From contig JBHGNT010000020.1 of NCBI GenBank assembly GCA_043228905.1, positions 12,648,001 to 12,712,000 of the forward strand: a DNA stretch of 64,000 nucleotides, given 5' to 3'. The first letter of the stretch is position 1. Every line of letters begins with the position of its first letter. The notes under the pieces are model-generated. The model worked only from the letters and a program-made list of their open reading frames with translations. It had not been told where the DNA came from and did not search any database. Made by a program: the position numbers and the translations under genes. The DNA comes from Azolla caroliniana (taxonomy: Eukaryota > Plantae > Polypodiophyta). This document shows positions 12,701-25,617 of the stretch, in pieces.

Positions 12701-12920
12701 TTACTGAGGTTCAGAGATTCTTGGGAGCATGCGCATTCTACCATATCTAGATCCCGCATTACGCCCACGTCGCGAAGCCGCTGTATGGGTTGCTGAAGAA
12801 AGGGCGTAAATTTGAGTGGGGAGACGAGCATACAGAGTCAGTCCAAAAGATGAAGGAAGCATTTGCCACGGCACCGGCGCTCCGAAAGGCGGTCTACGGC
12901 AAAGGCACTTCGATTTACGT

Positions 12921-13567
12921 TGTCGTGACGATTTTTGGCTACGGTGTGAAACCGAGTGAGATGAATAAACCAAGGATGTGCAACATTGCACATACACTTA
13001 GCAAATAAGCCTCCTAAGGCCTAGTGGCACTTAAGTTCATACAGAGGGGTGCAAGCAAGGTTTGAACCTTGCACCTCTAAGATACAAGATAATTGCCTTA
13101 CCACTAGGACAACTATCATATAGTGTAGATTTTATGTATTTCCTTTTCATATACAAATTATAGACGAAACAACCATAGAAAACCATGTGCACAAAACCAT
13201 GGTTTTAAACCCATGGTTTGTGCATGACATAAGCAAAACCATGTGCACAAAACCATGGTTTTAGCCCATGGTTTTGTGCATGTCACGAGCATGGAAAGAC
13301 CTATAAAAGCCTCTAGTTGGGCTTGTGTAAGGGGGGCTCAATATGTGATATCACCAACACCATTATCATCAATATAATTATATTTGTCTTTATCATCTTC
13401 ATATTTTTCTACTTCTCAAGTGCACAATTTTTCTTCTTCTCAAGTAAACCAATTTCATCTAATCTTACATTGATCATCATCTCTTTGATAATTCCGCGAA
13501 CATCCTCCCCAGTCCAAGACCCCGGTGGTCACTCGAGTAGCACACGCACGCGTGAATCTTCGCGACA
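12921..13567 (+). mobile_element. solo LTR (A-type termini, distinct U3) with 4-bp TSD ACGT
   Basis: TGTCGTGACG...CTTCGCGACA flanked by ACGT on both sides; removing it restores IYVTVDTS. Confidence 0.9.
13044..13115 (-). other. tRNA-like (A-box/B-box) cassette inside the solo LTR
   Basis: Minus strand TAGTTGTCCTAGTGGTAAGG...AGAGGTGCAAGGTTCAAACC. Confidence 0.55.
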
Positions 13568-13767
13568 ACGTAACCGTAGACACGAGTCTGAGCGGGATCG
13601 GATGGGTGATCAACCAAGAGGATGACGTTGGCACGAGGTTCCGCATCCGGTTCGGCGCGAAGGTCCTCAGTGAGCGACAGTGAGGATACGCCCAGGTTAA
13701 ACGCGAACTCTGGGGTATCATTTCGGCGGTGAAGGCCGATAAAGACTACCTGATCGGGACAGAGGTC

Positions 13768-15490
13768 GTTGGACGAGACCAAGTCAAAATACGGATGCTG
13801 AAGAAGGCTCTCAACCGGACCTTCTCAATGAAAGACTTGGGTCCAGCAAGACAGATGTTGGGGATGCACATCATTCGGGACCAGTCAGTAAAGCAATTAT
13901 GGTTGTCACAGGAGAAGTATGTGACAAAGGTGCTTCACCGGTTCAACATGTTAGAGGCGAAACCGGTCGGATCGACACTTCCGGCAAACTGCAGGCTATC
14001 CGGTAAGCAAAGCTCGAAGATGAAAGCAGAGAAGGCGGATATGATGAAGATTCCATATGCCTCTGCTGTTGGGAGCTTGATGTACGCAATGGTGTGTACC
14101 CGACTGGATATAGGATACGCAGTCGGAGTGGTGAGCCAGCTCATGAGCAATCCCGGCAAGGAGCACTGGAACGCGGTCAAATGGATACTCCGGTATTTGA
14201 AGGGCACTTCAAATATGTGTCTCCGATTAGGCTCCGGAAAGCCTCAACTGGACGGTTTAACCGATTCGGACATGTCGGCTGATGTGGATACCAGCCGGTC
14301 TACATCCGGGTATGTAATGACATATGCAGGGGGAGCTGTTTCGTGGCAGTCGAGGCTGCAGAAGACGGTTTCATTGTCAACCACAGAGGCGGAGTACATG
14401 GCAGCTGTGGAAGCCGGCAAGGAAATCTTGTGGATGAAGGACTTCATCGGAGAGCTCGGTATCCGGCAAGATGAATACCGACTCTATTGCGACAGTCAAA
14501 GTGCCATCCACCTTGCTAAGAATGCGGCCTACCATTCCCGGACGAAGCATATCTAGCGGAGATATCACTGGATCCGGGAAAAAGTAGATGACCAGGAGTT
14601 TGCGCTGACGAAGATCCACACGACTGAGAATGGGTGAGATATTCTGACCAAGGTTCTGATACCCGACAAGCTGGATGCATGCCGGAAGCGAATCAGACTG
14701 ATCAGACACCCCATGCCGGAGTGAAGGGGGAGTTTGTTGGGAGACAGGTCCCTCCGGATGGGAAGGGAGAAGAACAGTGCCGATGAACAAACTCGGCCTC
14801 GGCCGAAACCGGATGAGGAGTACCCGGCTACGGAGAGCCGGATGGTGCAGGCCCGGTGTGAACCGGATGAGGAGTACCCGGCTACGGAGAGCCAGATGGT
14901 GCAGGTCCGGTGTGAACCGGATGAGGAGTACTCGGCTACGGAGAGCCGGATGGTGCAGGCCCGGTGTGAACCGGATGAGGAACACCGGGCTACGGAGAGC
15001 CGGATGACGCAGACCCGGTGCGAACCGGAGGAAGAGACATATTCGTAAATATGTTTCTAAGAGCCTATCGAGGCTACATTTGTAAATAGCCGAAAAGTCA
15101 CATTAGTATAAATATGACTTAGGGCAAACCTTCTTCAGTTAGTAGTTGTCATTTTTCTTGTTGGAGAAAAAAGAAGAGACAGTACGTAACGTTGTACAGA
15201 GAGAGAGAGAGAAAGAGGTCGCTGCCTCTGTTGTAACCGCCGCCTGTGGCGAAGATCGTGAGTCCGAGGTCATTGCCTCCGTGAACTCACTGTTTTTTGT
15301 ACATTCTTACATAGTGACAGTTTGCAGCCTGTGGGCTGTCGTGGTTTTTCCCCTAGTTTGGGGTTTTCCACGTAAACCTCCTGTGTATCTTCATCTTCTT
15401 TGTGTCGTGTTCTATTTCCCGTTTTCTGTGTATCATTCTAAGCTCGGTTGTGGCCGAGCGTTGCGCATAAGGAACGACCAATTCCCGTCA
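13768..15490 (+). mobile_element. Ty1/copia K1 3' part: RT end, RNase H, PPT, 3' LTR 14735-15490
   Basis: MKDLGPA, DSDM, RSTSGY, STTEAEY, RTKHI motifs; GAAGGGGGAG PPT; LTR TGTTGG...CCCGTCA. Confidence 0.9.
14807..15035 (+). repeat. 54-bp tandem repeat (about 4.2 copies) in the K1 LTR U3
   Basis: Units start at 14807, 14861, 14915, 14969 and 15023 (AACCGGATGAGGAGTACCCGGCTACGGAGAGCC...). Confidence 0.95.
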
Positions 15491-15695
15491 TGTTGTTCAC
15501 CTTGATTGTAATCAAGGTGCACCGAAGTATTTATACAAGAATGTGGTGGTATGCATGTAAGCTAGGAAACAACTAGAGAATGCATGGAAACTTCTAGAGA
15601 GTGCATGTCTATGCATTCTCTAGAAGTTTCTTGAAAGTTTTAGTGATTAACTTACATTGTAATAAGTTGAAACTTATAGAATACAATAATGCATA

Positions 15696-15770
15696 GATGG
15701 AATGTAGCTCAATTGGTAAGGTTACCTAATAAGACCAAGATGTCATGGGTTCGACCCTCTACATTCCATC
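15696..15770 (+). other. tRNA-like cassette in the C1 3' LTR (copy at 25862-25936 in the 5' LTR)
   Basis: 75 nt; A-box TAGCTCAATTGG, B-box GGTTCGACCC; closed by perfect inverted repeat GATGGAATGTAG/CTACATTCCATC; anticodon arm degenerate. Confidence 0.7.
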
Positions 15771-17873
15771 GTGTCTATGACATTATCCTCCCTCTAAGGC
15801 CACCTCTCGGGACTCGCGACTGGCTTATGTGGGTATCGTTGATGAAAATGTGAATGGCCTCTAGGGCATTTTGTAAATGTGTAACTAGTTCCCATGTGGC
15901 GTCCGAAATGGGGTAACCTTTCCATAAGACCAAATATTGGAGTTGTCGACGACGATATCAAGAGTCGAGGATTTGGTCAACCTCATTTTCTTCACCCGTC
16001 GACAATTCCACAGGTGTGGTGGAGGAGGGTGTCGTCCTGGAATTCGAGAAGGATGGTAGAGTTCGAGGAGGAAGACGTGAAAAACATCGTGAATCCTGAA
16101 TGTTGGAGGAAGTGCTAACCGGAACGCGACTGGGTTGATCCGCTCGATGATACGAAAGGGGCCTAGTCTTTTGTAGTCCAATTTTGCACAAGGATGTGTG
16201 GTGGCGATGTGATGACGTAATTGCCAAACCATGTCCCCGATTGCAAACATCGGTGCAACTAAGCGATGTCGGTCCGCTTGATATTTATAGTGGTCACCAA
16301 CAACACGGAGCTCCAAGGAGAGGTCACGATGGATATCGTGTAAAGCGCGGGCACACGTCTCTACTGAAGGATTGACCGAAGTTGCAGGTATGGAAATGCT
16401 GAAACGAGGGTGAAATCCATAGTTTGCAAAGAAGGGGGAAACCTTAGTCGAAGCATGGATACTATTATTGTAAGCAAATTCCGCCATTGCAAGGAAGTCC
16501 ACCCAATCCTCCTGTTGGTAGCTCACGGTACACCGAAGGTATTGTTCGAGGATTTGGTTGACTCGCTCCGTTTGTCCATCAGTTTGAGGATGGTATGTTG
16601 AGGACAAGTTGACAGAAGTCCCGAATGTTTGTAGAAGTCGTCACCAAAAGTGGGAAATGAATTGAGAACCTCGATCAGAGGTGATATCCTCGGGTAAGCC
16701 TTGTAATCGAACAACATTTTTAAGAAAAAGATCAGCTGTCTCTTCCCCGGAAATGGCTTTGGAACATGGAACAAAGTGAGCCATCTTCGAAAACCGATCG
16801 ACAAGGACTAGCATCGTGTCATGTCCACCAACCATAGGGAGGTCGGTGATAAAGTCCATGGATAGAGAGACCCATGGTTGACGTGGAACGGGGAGCGGGC
16901 GGAGAAGACCATATGGTCGATGGTGAGGCGTTTTGGACCGAGCACATACATCACATGTCTTGATAAATTCCTTGGCAAATTTCCAAGGTTGGGACCACCA
17001 AAACCCTCGAGATAGCAATTCCAGGGCTTTTGTAACCCCAAAGTGGCCGGCAAGAGGATCATCATGACAGTTTTGTAGAACCCGTGTACGGCATGATCCT
17101 TCGGGAACGTACAAGAGATGATTACAATATAATAAACCATCCTGGGTTGTAAATTGGTTGAGATATGAGCTTTTCATGTCAGGAGATCGGTCATTAATGC
17201 GACGCATGATTTCTTTTACGAATGGGTCTAACACGGTTGCCGCGGCGATCTCGTTAACCAAAGAATCATCATGCAGGTGGCAAACATCTGAAGTTGATCG
17301 ATCCGCAACAAACAATGGAATTGTTGTGAATATGCATCATCTCCTAGGCGCAATGAAAAATTAGGTCGTCGAGAGAGGGCATCAGCTTTCCCATGTTGAA
17401 CTCTGAGTCGAAACAAGATCTCAAAGTCGTAGTCGGCGAGAAAAGATGACCATCGGGCTTGCCTCCAATTCAATGTACGACTGGTGGTGAAGTAAATTAG
17501 ATTTTTGTGGTCGGTTAGCACCTGGATAGGATGTTGGGCCCTAGCCAAATAGGGTCGCCATTCGGTGAAGGCAGATATGATTGTTGCCAACTCCTTGTTG
17601 TAGACTGGATAATTGATTTCCAAGGCGGTAAACTTCCAAGAGTAGAAGGCAACAGGACGTAGTGTGCCCTCGTCGTTTGGTTGGGATAGGATAGCTCCAA
17701 TGGCAAAGTTAGAGGCATTGGTTTCGACTTGGAAGGGCCTTGTGGGGTCAAGGTGGACCAACACTGGGGTTGTGAGAAAAGCTGCCTTGAGGGCATCAAA
17801 AGCATGTTGCGCCACAAAGGTCCAAAGAAATGGAGTATCTTTTCTTGTAAGGAGGATTAGATGTTGAACTAAA

Positions 17874-20800
17874 TGTTAGGATTTCGGTCCCTCTGGATGG
17901 GATACAAGTACCCGGCAACAGAAGACCCGGTGAGAACCGGATGACGCAGGCTCGGTGAGAACCTCTCACCGGATGAAGGGACATATATGGAAATATGTTT
18001 CTGAGAGCCCTTTGTGGCTATATTTGTAAAAAGCTCGAAATTCATATTAGTATAAATATGATCTAGGGCAAACAAGAGTTGTGTATTATTGAGTTGTCAT
18101 TATTTGTTGTATAGAGTTATTGGTGTAACTACTGTACAAAGCGTAGCAGCTGGAAAGAGAAAGAGAGACAGAGTGAATCTCTGTTGTAACCGCCACCAGG
18201 CAAAGACTGTGAGCACGAGGTCATTGCCTCTGTGCTCCCCTGTTGTATTCTCCTTACATAGTGATAGTTTGGACTCTGTGGGCTCCCATGGTTTTTTTCC
18301 CGTTTGGGGTTTTCTACGTTAACTTCTTGTGCATTCTCTTCTGTTTGTGTACTTACTTCCATTTCTCCATTTGTATTGTGTATGATTATCATTAAGTTAT
18401 CTAAGTCTCGGTTGTGGCTGAAGATTATTCTGCATATTCTCTTCAAACTGGTATCAGAGCGAAACGACACAGAAAAATGGAAGATTTGTTGGGAGGCATG
18501 TTCAAGCTCACTAGCTCCAACTACTCAGTGTGGAAGTCGAAGATTAGGGACATGCTCGTTGTTAAAGATCTTTGGTTGTCGGTTCAGTTCGGGGATTAGA
18601 GACCAGACAAGATCGATGCCACGATATTGGAGGTGATGCACATGAAGACAACGGCGTACATATGGTGCATTATCAACATGAGCCCGTACAACAACTTCAA
18701 TGAAGAGACCAAGGCTCATGAGCTCTGGGAGAAGACCAACATTATGTTTCAGAACAAAAATGTTGTTAATCGGGTTTCAGTATTTTGGAAGCTAGTGAGG
18801 CACCGGTACCAAGATGGCTCCAGTATGGCGGAGCACATGAATGCCTTCTAGGGGCTGATTCACCAGGCAACCTCATTGGAAGTACCTCTCACCGATGAGG
18901 TACTTGCTCTACTCCTGCTCAATTCCCTCTCAGATAGCTGGGAGACGTTAGTTGTCACGTTGGGCAACGCCGGGCCGGAAGGAAAACAGTTATCCCTAGC
19001 AAGAGACAAGTCGAGCTTGCTAGATGAGGAGGCGTGTCAGAAAGATAAGGATACGAGCTCTGACTCCAAAGCGTTCCTTACCGAATCGGAACACAGAAGA
19101 CAAAGGAATCGGAGTCCCCAGAATCGGGAAAAGTCAGGGACACGGTCAAAGTCAAGGGGAAGGCCCACTTGCTTCTCCTGTGGGAAGCCGAGGCACTTCC
19201 AGAAGAACTGTCGGCATTTCCAGAAAGACAAGGAAATCGACAATACCGATTCGAAGCGGTCACCGGATAGGAATGACAAAGATCGGAGAGGACCGGACCG
19301 GAAGGGAATGACGGCAATCACGGCAAGTGAAGAAGAGTTGATGCTCATCACCGAGGAGACTGAGTTGAACCTTGCCGGCGATGAAACAACGTGGGTTGTT
19401 GATTCCGGAGCGTCATTCCATCTTACCCCGGACCGGAAATGCTTCTCATCCTACACAGCCGGTGAGCACGACTGTGTCCAGATGGGGAATGAAGGTACAT
19501 GCCGAATTGTCGGCATAGGAGACGTGTGGCTGACAACACCAACCGGATGCAAGCTGTTGTTGAAGGATGTTCGACACATTCCGGAGGTTCGACTGAACCT
19601 GATATCAGCCGGTCGGCTAGATGACGAAGGCTACACGGGTACCATTCGGAACGGTGTCATGAGGTTCTACAAAGGGAGCCTAATAGTGGCTCGAGCCCGG
19701 AAGGTCAACACATTGTACTTGATGAATGCTCGGATATGTCCGGAAGAAGTGAACGTGGCATCCGACACTGCCGGTGAGCTGTGGCACAAGAGACTGTGTC
19801 ACATGAGCGAGAACGGGATGAAGAGGCTTGCCGATGACAACCTCATTCCGGTGAAAGACGTGCATCTTGAGAAGTGCACCGACTGCCTGGCCGGTAAGCA
19901 AAACTGGACCTCCTTCCACTCAAGGCCACCGATGAGACGTAATGCACCACTGGAGCTGGTGCATACCGATGTGTGTCAAGTGGACACGAAGTCACATGCC
20001 GGATCGCAGTACTTCATGACGTTCATAGACAACCACAGCCGGAAGCTGTGGGCCACACTGTTGAAGACGAAGGATCAAGTGTTATCCGTCTTCAAGGAGC
20101 TCCACACAAGAGTGGAAAGAGAAACCAGCCGGAAGCTGAAGGCGGTTCGAGCAGATAATGGAGGCGAATACCGGGGGCAGTTCGAGGAGTATTGACGCTC
20201 AAAGGGAATCCGACTCGAATTTATCGTACCGAAGACGCCCGAACTAAACGGGCTGGCCAAGAGGATGAAACGGACCATAATGGAGAGGGTTCGGAGTATG
20301 CTAGCACATGCAAAGTTACCCAAGACGTTTTGGGTTGAGGCGCTGGCGACAACGACGTACGTGATAAATAGATCACCCTCAGTACCCTTGGATGGAGACA
20401 CGCCGCAGAGAGTGTGGACCGGTAAGGAAGTGTCTTACCGACATTTGAAGGTTTTCGGGTATCTCGCTTACGTGCATGTTGCAAAGGACCGGAGAGCAAA
20501 GTTGGATCCAAAGTCCCGGCCTTGCATATTCCTCGGATACGGCGATGATGAGTTCGGCTACTTAGTGTGGGATCCGGTCGACAAGAAGGTTTTTCGGAGT
20601 CGAGATATTATCTTCATGGAGGACAAGACCCTTGCCGGCTGGGAGTCAGAGAAGAAGAAAATGAACTCCAAGTCGACCGGTAAGGATCAGTTCAATGAGA
20701 TATGGACCTACCCGTCTAAGAGCCAGTTGACACTCGAAGAACCGGCCGGTTACAGCGAGGACACCGCACCGGCAGAAGAAGAAGAAGAAGCAGAAACCGG

Positions 20801-23027
20801 AACCAGCCAAGACCCCGAATCGGATTCGGATGAAGAACAAACAGAGGAGTTGGTTGCTGAAAGCCAAGGATGGAGATATCCTCTCAAAGACAGAAGGCCC
20901 CCCTGGAGATTTCCGGATCCACATCATGTACCGCTAACCGATGAGGGGGGGCCTGAAAGCTTCAAAGAATCGAAGGATGACACCCATAGCCGCAAGTGGT
21001 TAAGTGCCATGCAGGACAAGATGGATTCCCTGCATGAGAACTACACGTATGAATTGGTGGAGTTGCAGAAAGGAAAGAGGGCACTCCGAAACAAGTGGGT
21101 GTATAAGTTGAAACCGGGAGATGCCGGCAACCCCCCAAGGTACAAAGCCAGGATCGTGGTGAAGGGATTCCAGCAGAAGAAGGGAGTGGACATCGACAAG
21201 ATATTTGCCCCGGTAGAAAGATGACTTCCATCCGAACGGTACTGAGCATAGCGGCAAGCATGAATCTCGAGGTAGAGCAGTTAGACATGAAGACGGCGTT
21301 CCTTTACGGTGACCTTGAAGAGGAGATCTACATGCAACAATCGGAAGGATTTGTGTAGAAAGGGAAGGAGCACCTAGTTTTCCGGTTGAAGAAGAGCCTA
21401 TACGGACTAAAGCAGGCTCCCTAGCAATGGTACCGGAAATTTGACTCCTTCATGACCGACCAAGGGTACCACAAGACGCAGGCCGATCACTGCGTATTTG
21501 TGAAGAAGTTCGAAGGTGGAGACTTCCTAATACTCCTCCTGTATGTGGACGACATGTTGATCGTCGAACGAGACCTAGTCAAGATACGGATGCTGAAGAA
21601 GGCTCTGAACCGGACCTTCTCAATGAAAGACTTGGGTCCGGCAAGACAGATATTGGGGATACCTATCATCCGAGACTAGTCAAAGAAGCAATTGTGGCTA
21701 TCACAGGAGAAGTACGTGACAAAGGTGCTTCAGTGGTTCAACATGTCAAATGCTAAACCGGTCCGATTGACACTCCCGACAAACTACAAGTTATCCGGTA
21801 AGCAAAGCCCGAAGACGAAGGCAGAGAAGGCGGATATGATTAAGATACCATATGCCTCTGCCATCGGGAGCTTAATGTACGCAATGGTGTGTACCTGACC
21901 GGATATTAGATACGCAGTCGGAGTGGTGAGCCAATTCATGAGGAATCCTGACAAGGAGCACTGGAATGCGGTAAAATGGATACTCTGGTACTTGAAAGGC
22001 ACCTCAAGTATGTGTCTCTGATTCGACTCCGGTAAACCCCAACTTGACAGTTTCACCAATTCAAATATGTCAGCTGATACGGATACCAGCCGGTCAACAT
22101 CCGGATACGTCATGACATATGTAGGGGGAGTTGTTTCGTGGCAGTAGAGGTTGCAAAAGAGGGTTGCGTTGTCAACCACGGAGGCAGAGTACATGGCGGT
22201 TGTGGAAGCTAGCATGGAAATACTATGGATGAAGGACTTCATCGAAGAGCTCGGGATCCGGCAAGATGAATACCGGCTCTATTGCGATAGTCAAAGTGCC
22301 ATCCACCTTGCGAGGAACGTTGCCTATCATTCTAGTAGGACAAAGCACAATTGGGTCAGATATGCTAACCAAAGTACTAACACCCGACAAGCTAGATGCA
22401 TCCAAGAAGAGGATCGGATTGACGAAGCATCCCATGCCGGAGTGAAGGGGGAGTTTGTTAGGATTTCGGTCCCTCCGGATTGGATACAAGTACCCGGCAA
22501 TGGAAGACCCGGTGAGAACCGGATGATGCAAGCCCGGTGAGAACCTCTCACCGGATGAAGGGACATATATGGAAATATGTTTCTGAGAGCCCTTTGTGGC
22601 TATATTTGTAAAAAGCCCGAAAGTCATATTAGTATAAATATGATCTAGGGCAAACAAGAGTTGTGTATTATTGAGTTGTCATTATTTATTGTATAGAGTT
22701 ATTGGTGTAACTACTATACAAAGCGTAGCAGTTGGAAAGAGAAAGATAAACAGAGTGAATCTCTGTTGTAACCGCCGCCAGGCGAAGACTGTGAGCACGA
22801 GGTCGTTTCCTCTGTGCTCCCCTATTGTATTCTCCTTACATAGTGATAGTTCGAAGTCTGTGGGCTCCCGTGGTTTTTTTCCCGTTTAGGGTTTTCCACG
22901 TTAACATCCTGTGCATTCTCTTCTGTTTGTGTACTTACTTCCATTTCTCCATTTGTACTGTGTTTGATTATCATTAAGTGATCTAAGTCTCAGTTGTGGC
23001 TGAAGATTATTCTACATATTCTCTTCA
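17874..23027 (+). mobile_element. full-length degenerate copia K2 (Tnt1/Tork-like), TSD CTAAA
   Basis: 572-bp LTRs 17874-18445 and 22456-23027; PBS TGGTATCAGAGC (tRNA-iMet) 18449-18460; PPT; gag-PR-INT-RT-RH order with many stops. Confidence 0.95.
18477..22445 (+). pseudogene. K2 gag-pol polyprotein, disrupted
   Basis: CFSCGKPRHFQKNC, WVVDSGAS, LWHKRLCH, ADNGGEY, LYVDDML. Confidence 0.9.
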
Positions 23028-25468
23028 CTAAAGACGAACAACCATTGATAAATCATCGATAGAAATTTGCAAAACCAAGGAATGATTGTACCTCTTTCAA
23101 CCGAGTAGGGGTAGGCCAATCGGTGATTGTCGCCACTTTGCGTGCATCCATTGTGATTCCGGAGGGTGAAATCACGTAGCCTAGGAATTCTACAAAGGTC
23201 CGATCAAATTCACATTTCTCACTTTTGGCGTAAAGTCCATGTTCCCGAAATTTGGATAGGACCAATCAGACATGTCGGGTGTGCTCCTCTATGTTGGAAG
23301 AAAAAACTAAATTGTCATCAAGGTAGATCACCACGAAGTGATCGAGATACTCTGGAAATATATTGTTCATCATGTGTTGAAAGACCACATGGGCATTGGT
23401 GAGACCAAAAGGCATCATCTTGTACTCGAAATGTCCATAGCATGTTCGGAAGGCCATTTTCCACTTGTCTCTTGGCTTGATACGCACCAGATTGTAGGCT
23501 CCCCAAAGGTCGATTTTGGAGAAGATATGGCCGGTTCGAAGTCGGTCAAGAAGTGTTGGAATTAAAGGAAAGGGGTAACAATTAGGTACCGTAATTTTGT
23601 TGAGACCCCGATAATCCACACATAGGCGTAATGAGTCGTCCTTCTTCTTGACAAATAAGATTGGGTCTCCAACTGGTGATTTGGAGGGTTGAATGAAGCC
23701 CTTAGCGAGGTTTTCATCCAGATATGTGTGAAGGGCCTCAAGTTTAGGTTCAAATAGCCCATAGATGGGCCCAAATGGTGGGTGTGCGCCATCTTGGAGT
23801 TCGATTGGGCAATCATAGGGGCAATGTGCCAACAACCGGTCTACAGGTCTACATTTCGCTTTTCGAACACGTCCAAAAAATCACTATATCTTGTGGGCAA
23901 ATTGGTGACAGGAGTAGGGACGTCCTGTGACACAACGGGCATGGAAGTAACCATGCTAGAATCGGCCACAACGGAATTGGCAACGTTGGAGACTGAGTTG
24001 AAATCAGAAGAATGTGCACCCAAGCTAAAAGCAGTCCCCACACAAGTAACAGTGTTTGTGGAAAGGGCCCGCGCTGGTGTTTGTGGAAAAGTGATGGAGT
24101 GGCTACACCAATCCACCATCGGATTGTGTGTTTCCAACCAAGAGAGCCCTAAAACAATCGGATGACGAGGGGTTGCAATGAGGTAGAATGTTAATACCTC
24201 CTGGTGGAACCTGACTTGAAACCAACGGGACAGTGGCTTCGGTAACCACCCCTGAAGAGAGAACCCATCCATCAATAGCTTCAACGGATATGGGTTGTGT
24301 TGTGCGGACGGTTGGGATTTTATGTGCTCGGATGAACGTGATATCGATGAAACAAGTAGATGCACCAAAATCAAGCAAGGCATGGGATTTTATTGAAATA
24401 GACCTAAAACAAAGACTTACTTGCAAAGTAAAACCTCCTACTGGCGTGACTAAATTGTAGGAGCACGAAGAACTAGGGCGATGGAAAGTGTCCAGCGGCA
24501 TGGCTCCTACTGCAGCCGGACTTGCTCATTTTCCTATTGTCCAGAAACCTCCGCAAGACGTGCACGGTCATTTTCTTGTTGTCAAGAAACCTGTGCAAGA
24601 CGTGCACGGTGGGATTGATGACGAGGGCCGCGCATCGGGCAGTGGTCGATGACATGGCCGGGGGTACCACAATAGAGGCTGAGGCTATTGTCACGTCGAT
24701 GTTGTCGTTGGGCATTAGTTAATGGTTGGAACCGAGCATGGTTGATCTCCATTGGGGTACGGGGATCGACCTCCATCGGGGTATGAGCCTTGATATATAT
24801 TGCCTTGTGAGTGGAACATTGTGGGAGGAAGATGGAAAACCTCGAGTCCCCCGTTCCTCTTGTCGAAGCTCAAAAAGACAATTATCACATTGAACAGCAT
24901 GGGAGATTACCTGGGACAATGATGTGGGCTCCGGAAAGTTTAAGAGAAGAGTCTTGATATCATTTCGGAGGCCTTGACGAAACTGGTCGCATAAAGCTTG
25001 CTCATCCCAGCTGACATCGCACGAGATCTGACGAAACTCTGAAGCATAAACGAAAGCTAGACGAGAGCCTTCTTGTAAGGAATAGAGTTTCGTGAGTGTC
25101 ATTCGTCGCCGATCTGTCTCTCCGAATGTGGCTTCAAGCTCCGCAAGCAAGGTAGGAAAGTTGTCTAGGAGGGGTGATGAGGTCTCGATCAATGGTGCAA
25201 ACCACGCTTGTGCCGGCCCAGAGAGAAGGCCTCGAGCCATTGAATTTGTCAGGTAGACTGACGTTAGGTTCAAGGACATATGAATGGGAAGAGGAAGGGG
25301 TTGGGTTAGATGCTGACGGAAGGTGAGGCTCAACGGGCGAAGGATTGTTGGTTGTGCTATTTTGAAGCTCTTGCAGTGACTGATGAAGGCTTTCATTTTC
25401 TAATTGAAGTTGCTCCAAGGCTGCCAATACTTGGTTTAAGGCCGAGTCGGACATGGTAACAAGAAGGG

Positions 25469-25479
25469 AAGGTGAACAA
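25469..25479 (-). promoter_or_regulatory. self-priming PBS of C1
   Basis: TTGTTCACCTT just after the 5' LTR is complementary to AAGGTGAACAA (25659-25669, minus strand), about 25 nt downstream of TATAAATA (25694-25701). Confidence 0.8.
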
Positions 25480-25578
25480 ACTATCACGGACGTAGACAAG
25501 GGCAAGGACAAGTAGGCGAGCTCAATATTAACAAAGAGAGAAAGATGGATATATAGATAGAGATGAGCATAGACAAGA

Positions 25579-25617
<39 letters not shown>

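Larger units (their letters stand above)
9703..13767 (+). mobile_element. gypsy family A copy A3: LTR end, Trp PBS, deleted gag, PR, RT, RNase H start; interrupted by a solo LTR
   Basis: AACAACGCGACA-TATT-TGGTGAACCCGACGTGAA, ATG at 9767, RT motifs, RH IYVTVDTS...KDYLIG. Confidence 0.88.

Noticed and set aside
13729-14556. Functional gypsy-copia hybrid element
   Set aside because: Both partners are truncated and stop-ridden; a simple deletion explains it.
14807-15035. Regular repeats as a CRISPR array, or a repeat protein (ORF 14734-15048)
   Set aside because: Head-to-tail 54-bp units with no unique spacers, inside a copia LTR. The ORF is a by-product of a unit length divisible by 3.
15696-15770. 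Functional tRNA gene
   Set aside because: The anticodon and T stems do not pair properly and the unit is part of both LTRs; reported only as tRNA-like.
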